A DNA stretch of 54,829 nt, filler included, from Sluysia triapertura (GCA_046118255.1; 4 parts of 4 records of this genome joined end to end with filler, not necessarily neighbours in it); one strand, 5' to 3'. Shown: positions 1 to 14,679, numbered from the whole stretch's first letter. Numbers and translations: made by a program. The notes: generated by a model from the sequence alone, not told the origin.

Positions 1-607
1 ATTCCTGTTGCATACGTGTGACATACAAGATTTTTTGTAATGCTATTTGTCAAAAATTCAATAACATAGTTAATTAATTTAATTTGTTTTGAAAATCAGT
101 TTCTAAACAGTTTACACTATTAAAATAATTAGCGTTGTGACCTTTATTTGGTATTATTAAAGAAAAATATTAATTTCTTGCTAAAAAAAATCGATGTCTC
201 ATGAAAAATGATCGATTTTAATTTATAAAATATAAAAGAATATTTTATTTTTATATAGGCACCCTGCACTCGCCCGGCTTTCTCGCCCCTTTATCCGGCG
301 TTGATCTCATCATGTAATTAAAAAATAGAGTGATGGTCGTACACTTTATTCACATGAAAAAGTGAATAAATTAGCTTCATTTTCTGATTGATTCATTCTA
401 TATCCAATGAAATTATAATTCTAATATGCTTTATCTGAATAATGAATAATCTTGCATCATTAGATCCTGAAATTAGCAATAAAGGTTTGTAAACATTGCG
501 AATGCAAACTCTTTAATCATTCATTTTTCAAGCAATCAAAAATGTGTTCAGTTTAATAAAAAGAGAATTCGAAAATAAAATGAGAAAACACAATAAAAAT
601 CATTAAC

Positions 608-3600
608 CTTGTTTGATACATAAGAATACCAGCGATATTCAACAAAAGAACTGGCGAATGCAAACAAGCTGGATCTTCTAATACTCGAAACTGCGATTCT
701 AATGCTTCCATAGTAACATGAGTGGATCGGAATGGTTCTGTAGTGAATTGGCGATATTTTTGACTTGCGCTAGCATTATTTTCACAACTAAATAAATTAT
801 CATTGTAATAAATATGCGATTTTGTATCCATAGATTTTGTAAGTAGAAAATAATACGCCCGTTGATTCAATTCGTCATTGTAACTTGGTTTCGTTGAATC
901 TGTTGATTGATAAGTTCCATTTGTCTTGGTTTTATATGAATTACTATAATTGGGTCGGTATAAAGAAATGGGTTCATGAGGCTCAGTGAAAATCCAATCG
1001 TTGGATGATTTTAACCAATCAAATATCAGCAAAATTTGCATTTTATTTAACTTGACTTCAAAAATATTCTTTTCATGAGTTGTTTCATAACGAATGCGTA
1101 CTTGACAAGAATTCTTAATAAATAAAATAAATATTTCCTGAAATAAATAACTAACGAAAATTATAATAACTCAAAATAAAGTGCAATAACAGAGTAGAAC
1201 AAACAAGATATCTTAAAGATTAATTATACGAAATGGATCGAGACACAGTCGGATAATAACAAGTTTTATTGAATCAATTAATGAGCACTTCTATACCGAA
1301 TAACTGGGACGAGTATTGGAATTATAAGATAAAAATAATATAGAGAGTATAGATATCACTTGTAAAACAATAATAATTTGGATTCTTGAATCTTGATTTA
1401 CATTTCCCAAATAAAGTATTAAAGATCAAATTCCATAAAGTATACGTAACTATTTACTAGCTATAAGACAGATAAGTCTCCACGAAGTACTACTAGAGAT
1501 TAAGAGTTTCTTTAAGCACATTTAAACTTTTATAATGCACAACTTTTAAATATAACATAATCAAACCATCTTTTAGTTCTAGTGCCATGCCAAATACAAG
1601 ATATTTATTTAGGATCATTGAATATTAAACTGGACTTCGATTGAGTATTGTATTATTCTTGCTGTGGTTTTCTTAAAGCTAAACCTGCGGCAAAAAAATT
1701 TAGCAAAGTTCGGTTACACTGAACGTCTTACAACTTGGAGTTGGTGCTTCTGCAACTTAAAAAATACGTTTAGTACGTTCCTAATAAATTTTTTGCGAGT
1801 GTCTTAACTTTAAATAACACAATAAAGAAAAACCAAATTATTTTTAATTAAATTAAACTAAATGCGAGGGTAGAATAAACTAGAACACAAAATTTATACA
1901 ATGGAAACAACAAAAAACAAAACTTGAATATTATTTTAAGATCAAAATCTTCTTGGAATATTTTAATATGTTTTCTTTTAAAATTTCCGTGGAAAGTTTC
2001 CCTCGGTATATCGGGGTTCTTACAATATTAGAATTAAATTTGATTTTACGCGCAGTTTACGACTTTTGACTTATGAAAAATCAAAATCACTTAAAACAAA
2101 ATAATTTACCCTCTCATGGAATAAAATAAAATCTTGTGATGATGTTATGAGTTCCAAGCCGATCTGACAGAATGTTAAAATGATGACCAAATTCAAGATG
2201 GAGCTGATTATTAATTGCACTTTCAAAAAGGTGCTGACTATTGACCAATTATATTTATAAAATGGCTGTTTTCAGTAAAGTGATGCTAGTTTATGTACTA
2301 GTCATCAGCCAATGAAAATCCATGAAATGTTCTCGAAAATTCTAGAAGCTTCTACTCTATTTTTAGAAGCGAATTTTCTTTTTTGGAAAATAACATTTTT
2401 AAAGTAATTTATGTGATTTTAAAGGGTCGTGATGATAACCTAACATTATTATCATTATCATTATTATTATCATCAGAATTTATCATAATTATCAACACAA
2501 TTATTATCATTATCATTATTATTATTGTAATAACTAACTGGTGAATTAGTTTCTAGCATTAAATCTGATAAAATAATAGGAAATTTATTCGCTCTCTGAT
2601 TGGCTGGATAATCATCAAATCGTAAATCTTTCAGAATAATATGATCCGAATTCAATTCAATAACTTTATTCGAATTTGAAAAGCTCGAATAGTTAATAAT
2701 AGTATGTAAGAAATTTATCTGACACAACGTCAATGACGAATGGTGCTGATTGGTTTTTGTCGATTTTGTCGATGACGCAATTGGCAGTTGCATGTTCACT
2801 TGAACATCCAATAAACAAAGTTGAAATTTCAGCAATGCCCATATTTGGCCCGATAAATTCGTAATCAATTTCGGGTTTGTTTGAAATGCTTGATACTGGT
2901 ATAATTTTAAAAAATCGATATTTTCGCCGAGATTATGATTTAAAACACCCCGAATTGTTTGATACTGATCTAAATCCAACCAAGCTCGAATACTGGATAT
3001 TTCTGCCGATATGTTCCAATCTTCGAGTCCATGCGACCGATTTGAGTCCAGATTACGAACCACGTCTACTAGAAGCGAGGGCTTTTCGTGTTGAAATGGT
3101 CGAGGTAGATGAATCATGAATTTAAGATGTGGGTATTCAACGATATTTGTTGTTGTGGGAATGGGAATATGACAATCTTGCAGTCTGTGTGCCGTGTAAA
3201 GATCCATGTCACGCAGGTGGATAGAAATGTGATCTAAAAGAAGTTGTGCAGCTTCTTCATTTTCATTATCAACAGATTGCAGTCGGAATTTGTTAGTAAC
3301 AGTCAAATGACCCATATCTGCGATCATTAAGTGGTCACTAAAGGCGCTAACAGGAAACACAATAACTGGTGCATAACATGAAACATCAAGAAGAATTCGT
3401 GAAGATCTAGGTGCACTTTTATCGACTACTCGACCGGACGATGTCACGCGAATTTCACAAAGGCGATCCTGGAACGATACACAAAATACATTCAAATGCA
3501 TTAAAAATAGTAAATAAATAAAATTAATAATCTAACTTGATATTGAAGAAAATTCTGAGTAAACTGAATAACTTCTTGCAGAAAACGTTGTGTGTGTATG

Positions 3601-4625
3601 TAAACAATCGGTGCTGAGATCTGAATACCGACTCGTATATCTTCATTTCTTAGCAATCCCGGATCTGGCATACCAAATTTAAAAAATTCAAATTCAAATA
3701 TTTTCGATTTTATTTCTGCAGGAAATACTCGATAGTGATAGAGCGACCCAGTTGGACTCGTGTCGCAAATATAAAAATCCGATACACTACCAGCCAGTTG
3801 CATATTACCGTCTTTAGTAGCCGAGTTTAGAAGCATATTGTGACACGTTAGTTGCAGCAAATTCGTCCAATCACTGGCAAGATCACCTTGACGACTGTAC
3901 TGTTTCATTGGATGATCGTATATAATTTGATTTTCACAAACAATAGTTAGTCTATTCATAGTCATTTTTAATTTTGTATTGATAATTTCTTCCATTTCTC
4001 CATCATACTTTCGATTAACATTCGGTATCACTTTGGATACATCGGTCACATTTACTAAATCAACTGGATCATAAAAGCGGGATCCCAATCCGAAAAAATC
4101 CAATAAAATCACCCATATTTCTAAGCTGATACTCAACGTTAATTCATTGAATTCCATGGTTACAAATCTATTGAAACAATTATATTCGGATTGAAAATTT
4201 CGAATCTTTTTGTCAATTAAGCACATCTGTACTGTCATTAAATTGGTTGTTTTCGTTTGACTTGTGATTGGTTGTTCCGATTTTCTGGTGGCTTTCTTTT
4301 TCAATTTTTTATCATTGATTTTTTTCTTGCGATCTGAAAAGTTAATTGCACCGAATGATGCTGACTTGGATAGCTTATTTTCGTATATTTCTCTGTCATT
4401 AAATTCCATATCTGGACACGAATTGTATTCATCGGTGCTGTTACCATGACGACGGCGTTGTCGGTTTTCAGAATCAGATGAATTTGTTTTAAAATAGATT
4501 GTTTCAGATGGCCAAGTGTTACTATAACAACCAGTAGTTGAATAAAGTAGTGGTCGATAGATTCGTCTACCCGTTCTATCTAGAACTTGATGCACCAACA
4601 GATGATTTATTATCAATTCGAAATT
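608..4625 (-). CDS. VPS13D: VPS13D-like lipid-transfer protein, internal exons (partial gene)
   Basis: Exons 4625-3537, 3468-2539 and 1113-608 have canonical AG/GT boundaries and join in frame (68-nt intron 3536-3469). Motifs resemble the VPS13D N-terminal/middle region as I recall it: WVILLDFFGLG, YIHTQRFLQEV, RILLDV..APVIVFP, ADMGHLTVTNKF, IRGVLNHNLGE, ILLIFDWL. Flanking exons not resolved. Confidence 0.85.
2268..2445 (-). mobile_element. Dispersed LTR-like repeat (begins TGTTAGG) with heat-shock element and CCAAT box
   Basis: Reverse complement aligns by eye with 30358-30550 (TGTTAGGTTRTCATCACRACCCT..., HSE, ATTGG, TA(C/T)ATA). Far end and TSD not resolved. Confidence 0.55.
2329..2353. 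promoter_or_regulatory. Perfect five-unit heat-shock element
   Basis: gTTCt cGAAa aTTCt aGAAg cTTCt = alternating nGAAn pentamers; CCAAT at 2309-2313. Confidence 0.6.
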
Positions 4626-6112
4626 CTAAATAAACAATAGTAATAATTTTTATAATTTCTTATCGAAATAAAATAATAATCAACTCTTATTTTTAATAAA
4701 TACAAGCGGAAATTTTCATGTTTTGCTTGAAAAATCGTCCACGTTTGCAGAAAAAGAATACAGTTGATTCCCGAAACTATCGCATTATAAGAATTCTAAC
4801 TGAATACGAAGCGAACATACACATACAAACACAGAACAATAAAAATAGACGTCAAACTCACCGTGGATTATAGTAATAAAATTAAATTTGCGCGTGTTAG
4901 TGGGGATCGTGTTATACGGCGATCCACTTTATTGGTTTTTTGGACGCATTTTTAAAACAGTTAAATTTCTGTCCAATCGTTTGACAAGTAATAGAATGAT
5001 TGGTTAGAGAAATTCTTAACATTAAAACACTGCGTGTGTTAGAGCTAATCATCATTGATCTATTATGCCCTCATTACGACCCTTTAAATGTAAATAAAAT
5101 CGTAAAATAAAATCGTATTATAATTAATGTAGCAACACAGCCACGATATCTAACAGGGCTTTCCACCGTTACTACAGGCGAACTCAATAAATATTTATTT
5201 TGCTGAGTGATAAGATTGAGCAGATTCAGTTCCGAAGTGCAAGACCTTGATGACTACATCCTTGAAATTAAGTTGGAATTAAGATCGTACTCTGAATCCG
5301 AAGGCATTTTGTTATTTTATAATGTTTATAATGTTCTGTCCATTAGAAAATGGACTTGTAAGGGAAGTCATCAATAACAACAATTACATCAATTTTCTTC
5401 AAAATCATTAATTACTTTAATATTTTTTAATTTACAAAATTCAGTTTGAGTTAATCCTGCTTCCCCATACCCACCTTGATGACAATGTTTAAATAGAATA
5501 TATAATGTATATGATAGATAAATATAATAGAATAAAAATAAAGATTAAAAGCGTGAGTTCACAAACGTACTGGGCTTACCAGCTAGGACCAGTCGTTGGA
5601 TTTTTTTGTAAAAGATTTCTTAAAAAGTAACTTAGGTAAGTTTTTTCTCTTTTCTACAAAAGCCTTCATAGATTAATCTGACTTGATTCTGGAGGATTAT
5701 TAAAGTGTTAACGTTTAATTAAATTAATTTGCACGAATGTCAAAAAATTCCTTTTAATTGTGCTTGTAGCGTCCTAAATCGTCACAGACTTTTGTGGAAG
5801 TTAGTTATGATTATTTTACACAAATCCCTTTAAAAGGATTTTTCAAAAAATCTTCTATTAAATAAAAGGAAAATTTATTATAACAAAAATGTAATAATCT
5901 CTTACAACTATTTAAGGTATAATATAGATATAATATTTCACTAAGGAATTATTTATAAATTCCTGGTTTTCTTTTGTATTTTACAAATATTATTTTACAA
6001 AGGATCTATGAAAAAATCCAAATTAATAATTAATAAATTTGCGTGGATTTTACAAGATATTATAATAATATCACCCTTAACAGAAATAAACTAACGTTAA
6101 CTAAAAAGATTC

Positions 6113-6257
6113 AAAATTTCAATTTGGTCCACTAGAGTATCTTCTTGGATTGATCATAGAACAGTAGATAGAAAACTTAGAAAATAAATTTGTTGTGCGA
6201 GTTTTGTAAAAATGTTTAGTGTATATATATTCTCTAGTGGACTGACCTTGAAATTTT
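6113..6257. repeat. Short inverted-repeat (MITE-like) element
   Basis: AAAATTTCAATTTGGTCCACTAGAG (6113-6137) vs CTCTAGTGGACTGACCTTGAAATTTT (6232-6257), imperfect inverted repeats. Confidence 0.5.
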
Positions 6258-9200
6258 AAAATTAGCAGAATTTAAAAACAAATTAGCAAAATTTAATATT
6301 TTAATAAATTAACAAAATAAAATTAATAAATTAATAATACTTACAATAATTTAAAAATCCAATTTACAGAAAAATAAAATCAACAATTACGTTCAATTAA
6401 TGTTATTATATTTAATCATAAAATTGATAATTTAAAATCATAATAATTTATGTATAATTAATGTCACTATATATTTGTTGTAATGTTATTATATTTCACA
6501 TTGACCTTTAACAAAACATGTAACAATTATTTAAATATTTAAAAATATCAATTTTATAATAATTTTTGCACAAATACTTTAAAATAATATTAATAACAGA
6601 ATACAATTTACAATGGATTATTTTTGATTCCAAGTATAATTTGACCGAAGTACTTTGAAATTTTAATTTAATTTTATAAGAGTATAGTGCAAATTATGTA
6701 AAGAAGAAATTGGAGCAATTTTAAACAAATATGAAATTTTTATTAAATTTTGATTGATCTAAAAACGATCAACCATAAATAATTTTTAATTAATTAGAGG
6801 AAAATAATATATTTTAGCAAAATCTAAACCGAAAATTAAAAGAATATATATATATTTGTAACAAAGGCACAGAAGTAATATGCGCTACTACAAGAAAATA
6901 AAGAGTAGTTAAAGAGACAAATTATAATGTTAAGCAATAAATTTAGAACACGCGGAACTTGATAATCAGTTATCAGTATCTTGAGTATTAGTTGGTATTA
7001 TCATATTGGCATCGCAGTCCATTAAAATTTTGATAAAATAATAAAGTTTTTAAAAATAAAATATAAAAAGTACTACTTCCTTTAGTAAGTAATACTTTTT
7101 TAAATATTTAAATGAGAATACTTGTTGAGAATTAGTATAAATACTTATTTTTTATTTTTATTTTACAACTAAAAAGTCTTGGGAATTAGATTTAATCGGT
7201 AGCCACATTTTTTAACGCCATATTGAAAAATTTTGAATCATTATCAAAAACATTACTAAGATAAATAATTAGAATAGATCTAATTTAAAATCAACTTAAA
7301 TCATTTGCTAATTATTTTACTCGATTTACTAAGGGATAAAATTTAATTCAAAAGAAAATTAAAGGCAATAACCATTTAATTGTAACATAAGTATTCTTGA
7401 TCATTTTTGTATTTTTATAATCCGTTCTATCAAAACTACTGTTTTCATTTTGTCTTAATTACAACGATGTTTGTAAATATTTTTATTGGGTTCAAAAATA
7501 TTAACTAAATCGAATAACTTGTTCACATTTATTGTGTTTTGAATAAGTTTGTTTCAAAAGAACAAGTAGTAAAATATATAAACGTGTTAAAAGATAGTTC
7601 ATATCTGACCTATGCAGTTTTAAAATAATACATATTTGTTGAATATGTATGCCACTCGATTAATTAGTATACAAGTTATGGCGTAATGCAATTACATTCA
7701 AGCACAGAATATTGGACGAATTTAATACTAATCGCGACAAAAAAGATAAGAATAGTGTTATTGTTATAGCTACAAACAAGCCTACCACAGGTTTTAAGTC
7801 AGAATTAAGTAAGAAAACTCAAGCAAAATGAATTAACCTTCATACACATAGTGGGAATAACTTATGTGACCATGTTACTTTTAGATAATTTTTATTTAAA
7901 TGTATTATACATTGAAGCCAATCAAAATTTTTTATTTTACACATTGTTATTTTCTATTTAAGAATTTTACTTTTATATTCCTTACTTCGTATTTGAGCGT
8001 TAATCACATTTACTTTACATAGACAAGAAACTTATTGGATGCACAAAATAAATTAAAAATAACTTCTTTAAAAAATTATCATTTGCTCAATTTAAAACTT
8101 ACAAATATTAAATTTCAAATAAATTAGTGTTACGATGTATTAAATTTCTTAAAAGATTTATGTTTCTGTAGCAAAGAAAACAGCAATTATAACAATAATA
8201 ATAAAAATAATCATAATAATAATATTGTGAATTAAATGTTATACTTTGAAAGATAAATTATAATTTAAATAATATAATCAAAATTCAGAATCATTATAAA
8301 TTAAAATAAATTGTGTACTAAAAACTTAATTACAGAATGAAATTCAAAATTATTGGCTGTCGTATAATATCAGTGAACAATATTATATAAAGTGAAGTTT
8401 TTCAGTGAAGTTATACAACTGAAAATTACTTCTGATTTGGCCTTAACCACATTTATTTTAAACAAAATTATAAATACAAATGTAAATTCAATTAAAATTC
8501 AATTGTACTTATTTCAATGATATTCGCTTTCAGTGTTATTTGGTTTCAATTATAATTGACATTATTGTGCGAATGTTTTATGCTAAAATGATATTATGCA
8601 AAATAGATTTAAATGAGTTTGCCTATGTTTGGTAACTTGTGACCTTGCTAGTTGGCATCTCTATAGGATTTTAAAATTATAACTTTATTATCTGATCACG
8701 TTAAATATTTATAGATGGTCTAAAAACTTACTACAGTAAAATATTATGATAAACATTATTTTAATAAACATTTTTATTACAACATTTATTTAATATTATG
8801 TCATATTATTTAGACATTATTATTATAATTATAATATTTATTAATATTATTTTATTAATGTTATTTAAGCGTGTGAACCTCAACAAATTATAAAGCAATT
8901 TATAAATTAAATGAATAATAAAAAAGATAACATTCATGGAAATTATGAAATTAATAATAAAAAACTAATAGATAAAATTAATAATTGAAAATGAAAAATT
9001 TATAATAACAATCATTAATGTAGTTATTGATAATATTATTAATATTAATAGAAATAATGATGATAAACGAATAAATATGTGTTATGTGTTGTTAAATAAA
9101 GAGTAAATGAATCTATGTGATTAGATTTTATTACATAAACGAGATGATTTCGTTTGTTATTTCACATAATTATTTGGATGTGAAGCAAGAATTATATTTC

Positions 9201-10599
9201 GTCTGTTATCATTGAGTGGATTGTATATTCGAGTTATTGGAGGATGTCGGTTTATTACTTCGTTTTACATTAATTATTTTTGTGGTTAATTCTTTTAAAT
9301 GAGTAATTTCCAAGTTATTAATTCTCTATAAGTTGATTACTGATTTAAGATTATTAGATTTATAATTTAACATTTCCTGATTATGATATTTGCTTCGGAT
9401 ATTTAAATTTTTTTCGAGATAATTGATATTTGTGATATTTGATAAATTGTATTAATTGTGATATAGAGAATATAATTGAAGTTAAATCTTAATTTGTTTT
9501 GAATATAAAGTTATTAAAGAGTTAAATTAAATTAGTTAAATAACTATTAATAATTATTATTATGCAAACAGTTATTATTATTAAATTATATTTAAAAATA
9601 TGTTTCATTTAAATAAGATAACGCCCTTAAATGTAGATAGCGTATCAAAAAACGCTTTTATGTTTGTGTAAAAAGAAAATATTTGCAAGGAAACAATTTT
9701 TTCAAAAATCAAATGTATCTCCAAATTATATAACTAAATAAAGTTGACGCATAATAACATTCATTGAATAATTTAATCGTGCATTTAAATAATATTTCTT
9801 AATGCATACGTGCAATATTATTAATTTTTCATTTTTAGAAAACAATATTTTCTGATTATTTTGCAAGTCATTTATGACATTTTAAATTTATGACAAGCAA
9901 AACTTCACTGGAAAACAAAATGGAACAAAAGTAAAATGTTAATTTTTATTTTGAGTAATCATAAATACAAAATTATAATTATTTAACGTGATCAAAATAT
10001 TCAAATAAACATATAATTTTCCCTTGGCGCATGGTCCAAGTAGGTACACCGTTTGTTTATCAAATATTAAAACAGTAATATTAATAAATATTAATAGATC
10101 ACAATGTTTGGGTTGCGAGATTGTGGTAATTTAATGATGATGGTGATGGAATACTTACAATTATACTTTGCTTTATGAACTGTGAATTCGTGTTTGTACA
10201 TTGTTAACTGTAACTCGAATGGTATATTGAATCACATAAAAGTGATATATTTAACAGCGAATGTATGAGAAATTTTACTAAGTACATGTTTCCAAAGTAC
10301 TATGAAGATGAATGTGATTTGGATGGTATTTGTTAGAAAGCATGTATTTTTTGCAATTTAAATGATACAGCAGATGTGAACTAAGGATTTCATACATAGT
10401 CTGTCGTAATTATATTTAATTCTACATTAGTATTATTCGGATAATTAGAATTAAGATGAATGTGTTGCGCTTCAAAACTTTCATTTAAAATTTCACTAAA
10501 TATTTCATAAATATTGTAAAGGTGTAAAAGTTTTAGTTTCATTTTGATTCAACTTTTTATGATCGATTTTATGATTTATCCTACTTTTCGTTTTATACT

Positions 10600-13300
10600 T
10601 AATCTTTTGTTATTTGAGGGATGCATTTGTAAAGGTTTAAAAATTTTAGTTTTATTTTATGTATTTACAAAAAAAATTGTAAAAATTAAAAATACTATAA
10701 AAATTATTATTCAAGTTATATTACAATTAAAATTATTACTAAACTGCTTTAAAAAATAATTCAAAAGGAACTTATTGAAATAAAATTGTTTAGTTAAATT
10801 AAAATTTAAAAGGATGTCTTTATGTGCATATAAAGACAAACATAAATAAAAAACACAAGAAATTATGATTTGCCATTTTGTATTACAAAGTTGATAAAGC
10901 TTATCACAAAAATCATCATCAATATTATTAGGTCCGTCATCATCAATCCATTAGGAATTTTCGTATTCCAGCAATTTTACAATTCATCCTTCAAGTTATT
11001 GTGTAAATCCCACCCATTCGATTAGAGGGATAACACTTACCAAGCATCAGCGGTACAGTCTATCAAGTCCAATTCGAACAATATTTCTGGAGACCGATTT
11101 ACGATTTTATTAATTAAATTAGTAAGTTCGTTACATATAGTTTGAATACTCATTTTTTACTTAAAATCTACACGTAAAATATTAAATTTTACGGTTGCTC
11201 TTTAAGGCCAATCACAAAATCAATTTAAAATATAAATTCTCTGATCTTTAGTTGGCCATTAAGGTCAATTATAAAATCATTATAACAAGGTAGAGTCTCT
11301 CGGTTAGACCTTTATTAAAGTTCAATTTTTATCGTTATTATAAATTTATTATTTATAAATTTTTGTGCTTATCGTTGATAATTGTTTTTTGAATTTTTAT
11401 AAACTAATAATATTTTTATTTTTTAAATTTTCTTTTGTTGTATAATAAAATTTAAATTGTGTTAAATATTGTTTTTTTATAATTTTAATATCGAATTTGT
11501 ACCATAAGTTTGCTTTATCTTCTGTAGATTGCAGATAATTTTGAATTAAATAAACTACTATAAAGCACACTCTAGTTATAATATAAGTTTACTAATTTCT
11601 TAGAACATCTAACAATTAGTTTAATTAGATGTAGTAAAGAGTGAAAGATAAAATAGTAATACATTTCTATACGAATATTGTTAACTTTATTTTTTCACAT
11701 AAACTTAATTATCCCACACGCCAGCGTTAGTCGTAATTATTTTTAAATCATTTAGCATAAGATGATTTTTTGCCCATTATTTTTAAGTTAAGGCAAAGGT
11801 TATTTTTTATATGATTAATCTTAATATTGATGCATAAAATTAAAGTTATTATCATGTGGATGAATGAAGTTAAAGCAAACGATATGACCATGTTAGTGAA
11901 TAAAGTCAGAGCTAAAGATATCACCATGTTAACTAATAAAGTTAATGCTAAAGTTATTATCATGTTAGTTAATAAAGTTAAAGTTACATTTATAATCATT
12001 TTGATAAATAAAGTAAAAGTTAAAGATATCGCCATCTTTAAGAATACAGTTTGCTGGGAGTTTTCTTAATAAAAGAGCATAACTTACAGCAAAATAATTT
12101 ATTATTATGAGTCCGTTTACAGTATACAACTTACTAATGGCGTACCTGTAAAAATTACGCAAAAGCAGTTCTAAAAAATCATTTGAATAAAAATACTCTT
12201 CGCCTTAACTTAAACAATAATGGACAAAATCGTCGTTTATATCAACTGATACTAAATAGGTTAAAAATAAGCAAGACCAACGCTGGCTTGTGTAATATTT
12301 GAGCTAATGTAAAAATCAAATTAAGAATAGAATACAAACGTGTCGTTTTTTAATATCTTCAACTTTTAATCAAATCTTAATTTATTGACCGTAATATGAA
12401 GAATATAAGTTCCACTTATGTTACAATATTCACGTAAAAAGAATTATAATAAAATAAGACTTAAAAGGTTTCAGTTTTATTATAAAACAAATATAATTAA
12501 TATAAAACTACGGTAAATTTATAAAATTCGGAAAAACAATTATTAATAGAGACAAAACTTTATAAATAATAAATTTTAATAATGATAAAAGTTGAAATAT
12601 AATAAAGGTCCAGCCGTTATAATGATTTTGTGATTGGCCTTAAGGACCAACCGTGAAAAACATTATTTTACGTTTAGATTTTAACTCAATGTGAGTTTAC
12701 AACTATGTGAAACAAACTTATGAATTAATCAATAATATTTTTAATTGGCCTCTAACTCTATTGTTCAAGTTTTTTATTTGATGGATTTGAGCTGCTAATA
12801 TTTGGAGAGTGCTATCCCTCTAATCGAATGTGCGGGATTATACACTATAACTCAGAAGATGAATTGATGGTGTGCAGCCGGATAATATCGATGATAAAGT
12901 TTTCGTGATGACTTCTTTTTCTTTGTGATATCAAAATGACAAGTTATAATTTTCTTATGATACCAAAATGGCAAATTTAGATTTTGTTCAGCTTTCTTTG
13001 TGTGATTAATTGATGGGTTCTTTATTTTTGTACGTCTTTGTATATACATAAAGACATCTTTTAAAATTTAATTTAGTCAAACAAATTTCTTTCTGGAAAT
13101 TTCTTTTGAGTTATTTTTTAAAGTAATTTACTAGTAATTTTAATTTTAATATAATTAGAATAATAATTTTTTAAATAATAATAATTTAAATAATTTTTAT
13201 AATATTTATAATTTTTACAATTTTTTGAAAATACATGAAAAATAAAACTAAAATTTTTTACAACTTTACAAGTTGAACGAGTTTATGTGAACAAATGCAA
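10600..13300. repeat. Large diverged inverted repeat (arms ~10600-11820 and ~12175-13300)
   Basis: Collinear inverted anchors: exact 18-mer 11015-11032/12813-12830, exact 21-mer 11202-11222/12623-12643, plus looser matches at ~10630/13250, ~10870/12970, ~11715/12285 and ~11785/12205. Confidence 0.85.
11841..12050. repeat. 36-bp tandem repeat, ~5.5 diverged units, open on both strands
   Basis: Units start at 11841, 11877, 11913, 11949, 11985 and 12021; the minus frame reads M(I/V)I(S/T)LALTLxxN repeats. Confidence 0.85.
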
Positions 13301-13524
13301 AGTAAAATATAAATTTAAGCACAATGCAATTAAATATATTTTGTTTTATTATTTTTGTGATTTTGTTTCTAAACCTTATGATCACTTGATAAATAACGAA
13401 GTTATTTGTTTTAAAATTAAATCTGTAAATAAAGAATTTATTCGTAACAAAGTTGATTATATAAAATAGATGTTCTTAATATTGAAGTTAATTTCATAAG
13501 TTTTATCAACCATAAATAACAAAT

Positions 13525-13624
13525 NNNNNNNNNNNNNNNNNNNNNNNNNNNNNNNNNNNNNNNNNNNNTTAATTAATTAANNNNNNNNNNNNNNNNNNNN
13601 NNNNNNNNNNNNNNNNNNNNNNNN
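13525..13624. other. Artificial contig join (N44-TTAATTAATTAA-N44)
   Basis: Identical 100-nt spacer with stops in all six frames, also at 27118-27217 and 43280-43379. Confidence 0.97.
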
Positions 13625-14474
13625 AGCATACATAATAAAAGTATATATCAAATTGATGCTCATTAAGAAACCATTCTAAATATGTTATTGATATTGACGT
13701 GTGGTGTACCGTAAACATGTTGTATTATTGAAAACAAGTTTTATAATTTATTAATTTTTATTCAATTTAAGTTAATCTATTGTTATATTGATAAGTATTA
13801 TTATAACTAAGATATTAAATTTTAATTTTATTATGTCCAAAAGATAAGAGTTTGTTTGCCATAAAACTCATTATCTTTGGTTAATTGCTAGATAATACTA
13901 AGAGGGAAATTTATGTTCAAATTTGATTAATAAAATTGGTCGGCATAAAACCGACTCTAATAAGTAAGTATGTCTTTGTCGACATGCACAATAATTAAGT
14001 CGAATTGCGGACTTCCTAACAATTATCCAAACACTATATATAGAACCACATTTTTCTATAATAAAAGAAAGCTGATTCAATACAGTAGTGGCAAACATTG
14101 ATTGAATCTTCAAATTCTTTAGAAATCGAACTAAATTTTATTAATAAAGCCAACTTATTTGTGGACTAACATATTTGTGGTTAGTTGAGTCTTGAGCTTT
14201 TATTATTTATTTATTGTATTCTGGTACTAACAATTATTTGAGTTGTGTAACCCCTGAGATCGAGTATTATAATTGAGATTGAGACTCATTTAATTGTCTT
14301 TTATAATTTAAAGAATAATATTAAAAAGATAAAAACACAACATTATTAATTATATATTAAAGAAATACAGCGACGGGCAATTTTAGCTGAAGTTTAGAAG
14401 GTTACACTTGTGATATTTCCAGAAAATGCGTCAAATAGAATTTGAATAAACTCTTTAAATATACATTCTAACTT

Positions 14475-14673
14475 TATAATAATAATAATTATATTACTTA
14501 TTATTATTATCACTATTATAATGGTTATTATTATTATCATTATTATTATTTTTATTATTATCGTTATTATAATGATTATCATTATTATGATTATTATTAT
14601 ATTTATTAATATTATTATTATTATTATCACAATTATTATCATTATTTTTATCATTATTATTATTATTGTTATT
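14475..14673 (+). repeat. Degenerate (AAT)n/(ATT)n microsatellite in intron
   Basis: Trinucleotide run directly upstream of the RGS exon acceptor; generates the spurious poly-Ile and poly-Asn ORFs. Confidence 0.95.
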
Positions 14674-14679
14674 ACACAG

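Noticed and set aside
11841-12050. 36-bp periodicity as a CRISPR array
   Set aside because: Contiguous degenerate units with no unique spacers, no cas genes, eukaryotic context.
13569-13580. TTAATTAATTAA palindrome as a biological site
   Set aside because: Assembly linker repeated identically inside N runs.
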